A program made the position numbers and the translations under genes. Below are positions 25,223-25,870 of a stretch of 25,870 bases of DNA, one piece after another (position 1 is the first letter of the stretch; the number at the start of each line of letters is the position of its first letter). Under the pieces are notes generated by a model. The model made no database searches and was not told where the DNA came from. It saw nothing but the letters and a program-made list of their open reading frames with translations. The stretch comes from an uncultured bacterium (GTDB lineage Bacteria > Lernaellota > Lernaellaia > JACKCT01 > CAYSHR01): NCBI GenBank assembly GCA_964430795.1, contig CAYSHR010000002.1:1-25870 (forward strand), in the 5' to 3' direction.

Positions 25223-25870
25223 ATGGTCAATTTTAATCGCATATGGATAATCGCTCTGTTGCTTATGTTTCTAGGTGTGTCCCCGGTTTTGGCGAAAAAG
25301 GGAAAAATCGCGCCTTTGAAACTGGAAAACGCTGACGGCAGCGCGTCCATGCAATTTATCTTCGCCGCTCAACTCCAGTATGATTCGACCTGGTTAAACT
25401 ACGAGGAAGCCAATGACGGTGAGATAGAAAATGTGGGAAAAATATATTTCAAGCGCATCCAGCCTGGAGTCAAAGGGCATCTGTTTATAAAAAAAGTAAC
25501 CTATAAGTTTATGATCGAAACCATTCCAGGCAAAATAACCTTGATGGATCTTTTTATGGATTTCAAAGCCCATAAGCATTTTCGGATGCGGGCCGGCGCT
25601 CATAAACCGGGCTTTTCCCGCAAACGCATGAATTCCTGGAAAAAACAGCAGTTAGTGGATTTTTCCATGGCGCCCCGTTACTTTGGAACCGAGCGGTCCC
25701 TGGGAATGACCCTACACAATGGCTATGGGAAAAGAACCAGTGTTGAATATGAGTTGGGCCTATATGATTCAGTGCCCTGGCGCCCTAACTGTGGCAAAGG
25801 ATTAACACTGATTACCAAAGAGACCATGCCAAATCCCAGTCTTTTGTCCGGAGAAGCTTACCAATACACT
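25223..25870 (+). CDS. Phosphate-selective porin OprO/OprP-like outer-membrane protein, 3'-truncated by the window edge
   Basis: Manual translation, 216 codons with no stop: MVNFNRIWIIALLLMFLGVSPVLA signal, QLQY, FKRIQPGVKGHL, LMDLFMDF, MRAGAHKPGFSR, QQLVDFS, ERSLGMTLH, EYELGLY; SD AGGGG. Confidence 0.7.
   Translation, partial: MVNFNRIWIIALLLMFLGVSPVLAKKGKIAPLKLENADGSASMQFIFAAQLQYDSTWLNYEEANDGEIENVGKIYFKRIQPGVKGHLFIKKVTYKFMIETIPGKITLMDLFMDFKAHKHFRMRAGAHKPGFSRKRMNSWKKQQLVDFSMAPRYFGTERSLGMTLHNGYGKRTSVEYELGLYDSVPWRPNCGKGLTLITKETMPNPSLLSGEAYQYT

Noticed and set aside
108-25603. The other short antisense or overlapping ORFs in the track (e.g. 10664..11248, 17236..17673, 12187..12408, 25394..25603)
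   Set aside because: They lie inside well-supported genes on the opposite strand or frame and show no recognizable motifs.

Overview
Bacterial chromosomal window in standard code 11, probably from a diderm deltaproteobacterium-like lineage (inference from gene style; no marker phylogeny possible). Left to right: the 3' part of a membrane-bound spermidine-synthase-like SAM-binding gene interrupted by one in-frame TAA; a complete moxR-DUF58-hypothetical-batA-batB-batC-batD-batE operon; tryptophanase (tnaA). Then a minus-strand block: GT-C glycosyltransferase fused to TPRs, small beta-barrel OMP, DegT-type aminotransferase, smpB, clostripain-family lipoprotein, TlpA-like redoxin lipoprotein and sfsA. 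The two lipoproteins both carry long xxDDDD poly-Asp tethers. Next come a divergent TPR gene of about 895 codons interrupted by one in-frame TGA, a secreted lipocalin-like protein, a sensor-less LuxR regulator, an orphan cheW with a near-consensus sigma-28 promoter and GGA-rich leader, and an OprO/OprP-like porin running off the right edge (absent from the ORF track). I found no rRNA, tRNA, tmRNA, CRISPR array or transposase. The best candidates for new biology are the poly-Asp-tethered lipoprotein pair and the head-to-head GT-C-TPR / giant-TPR envelope cluster. The two single-stop gene splits need read-level checking. All family calls come from motif recognition, not database searches.
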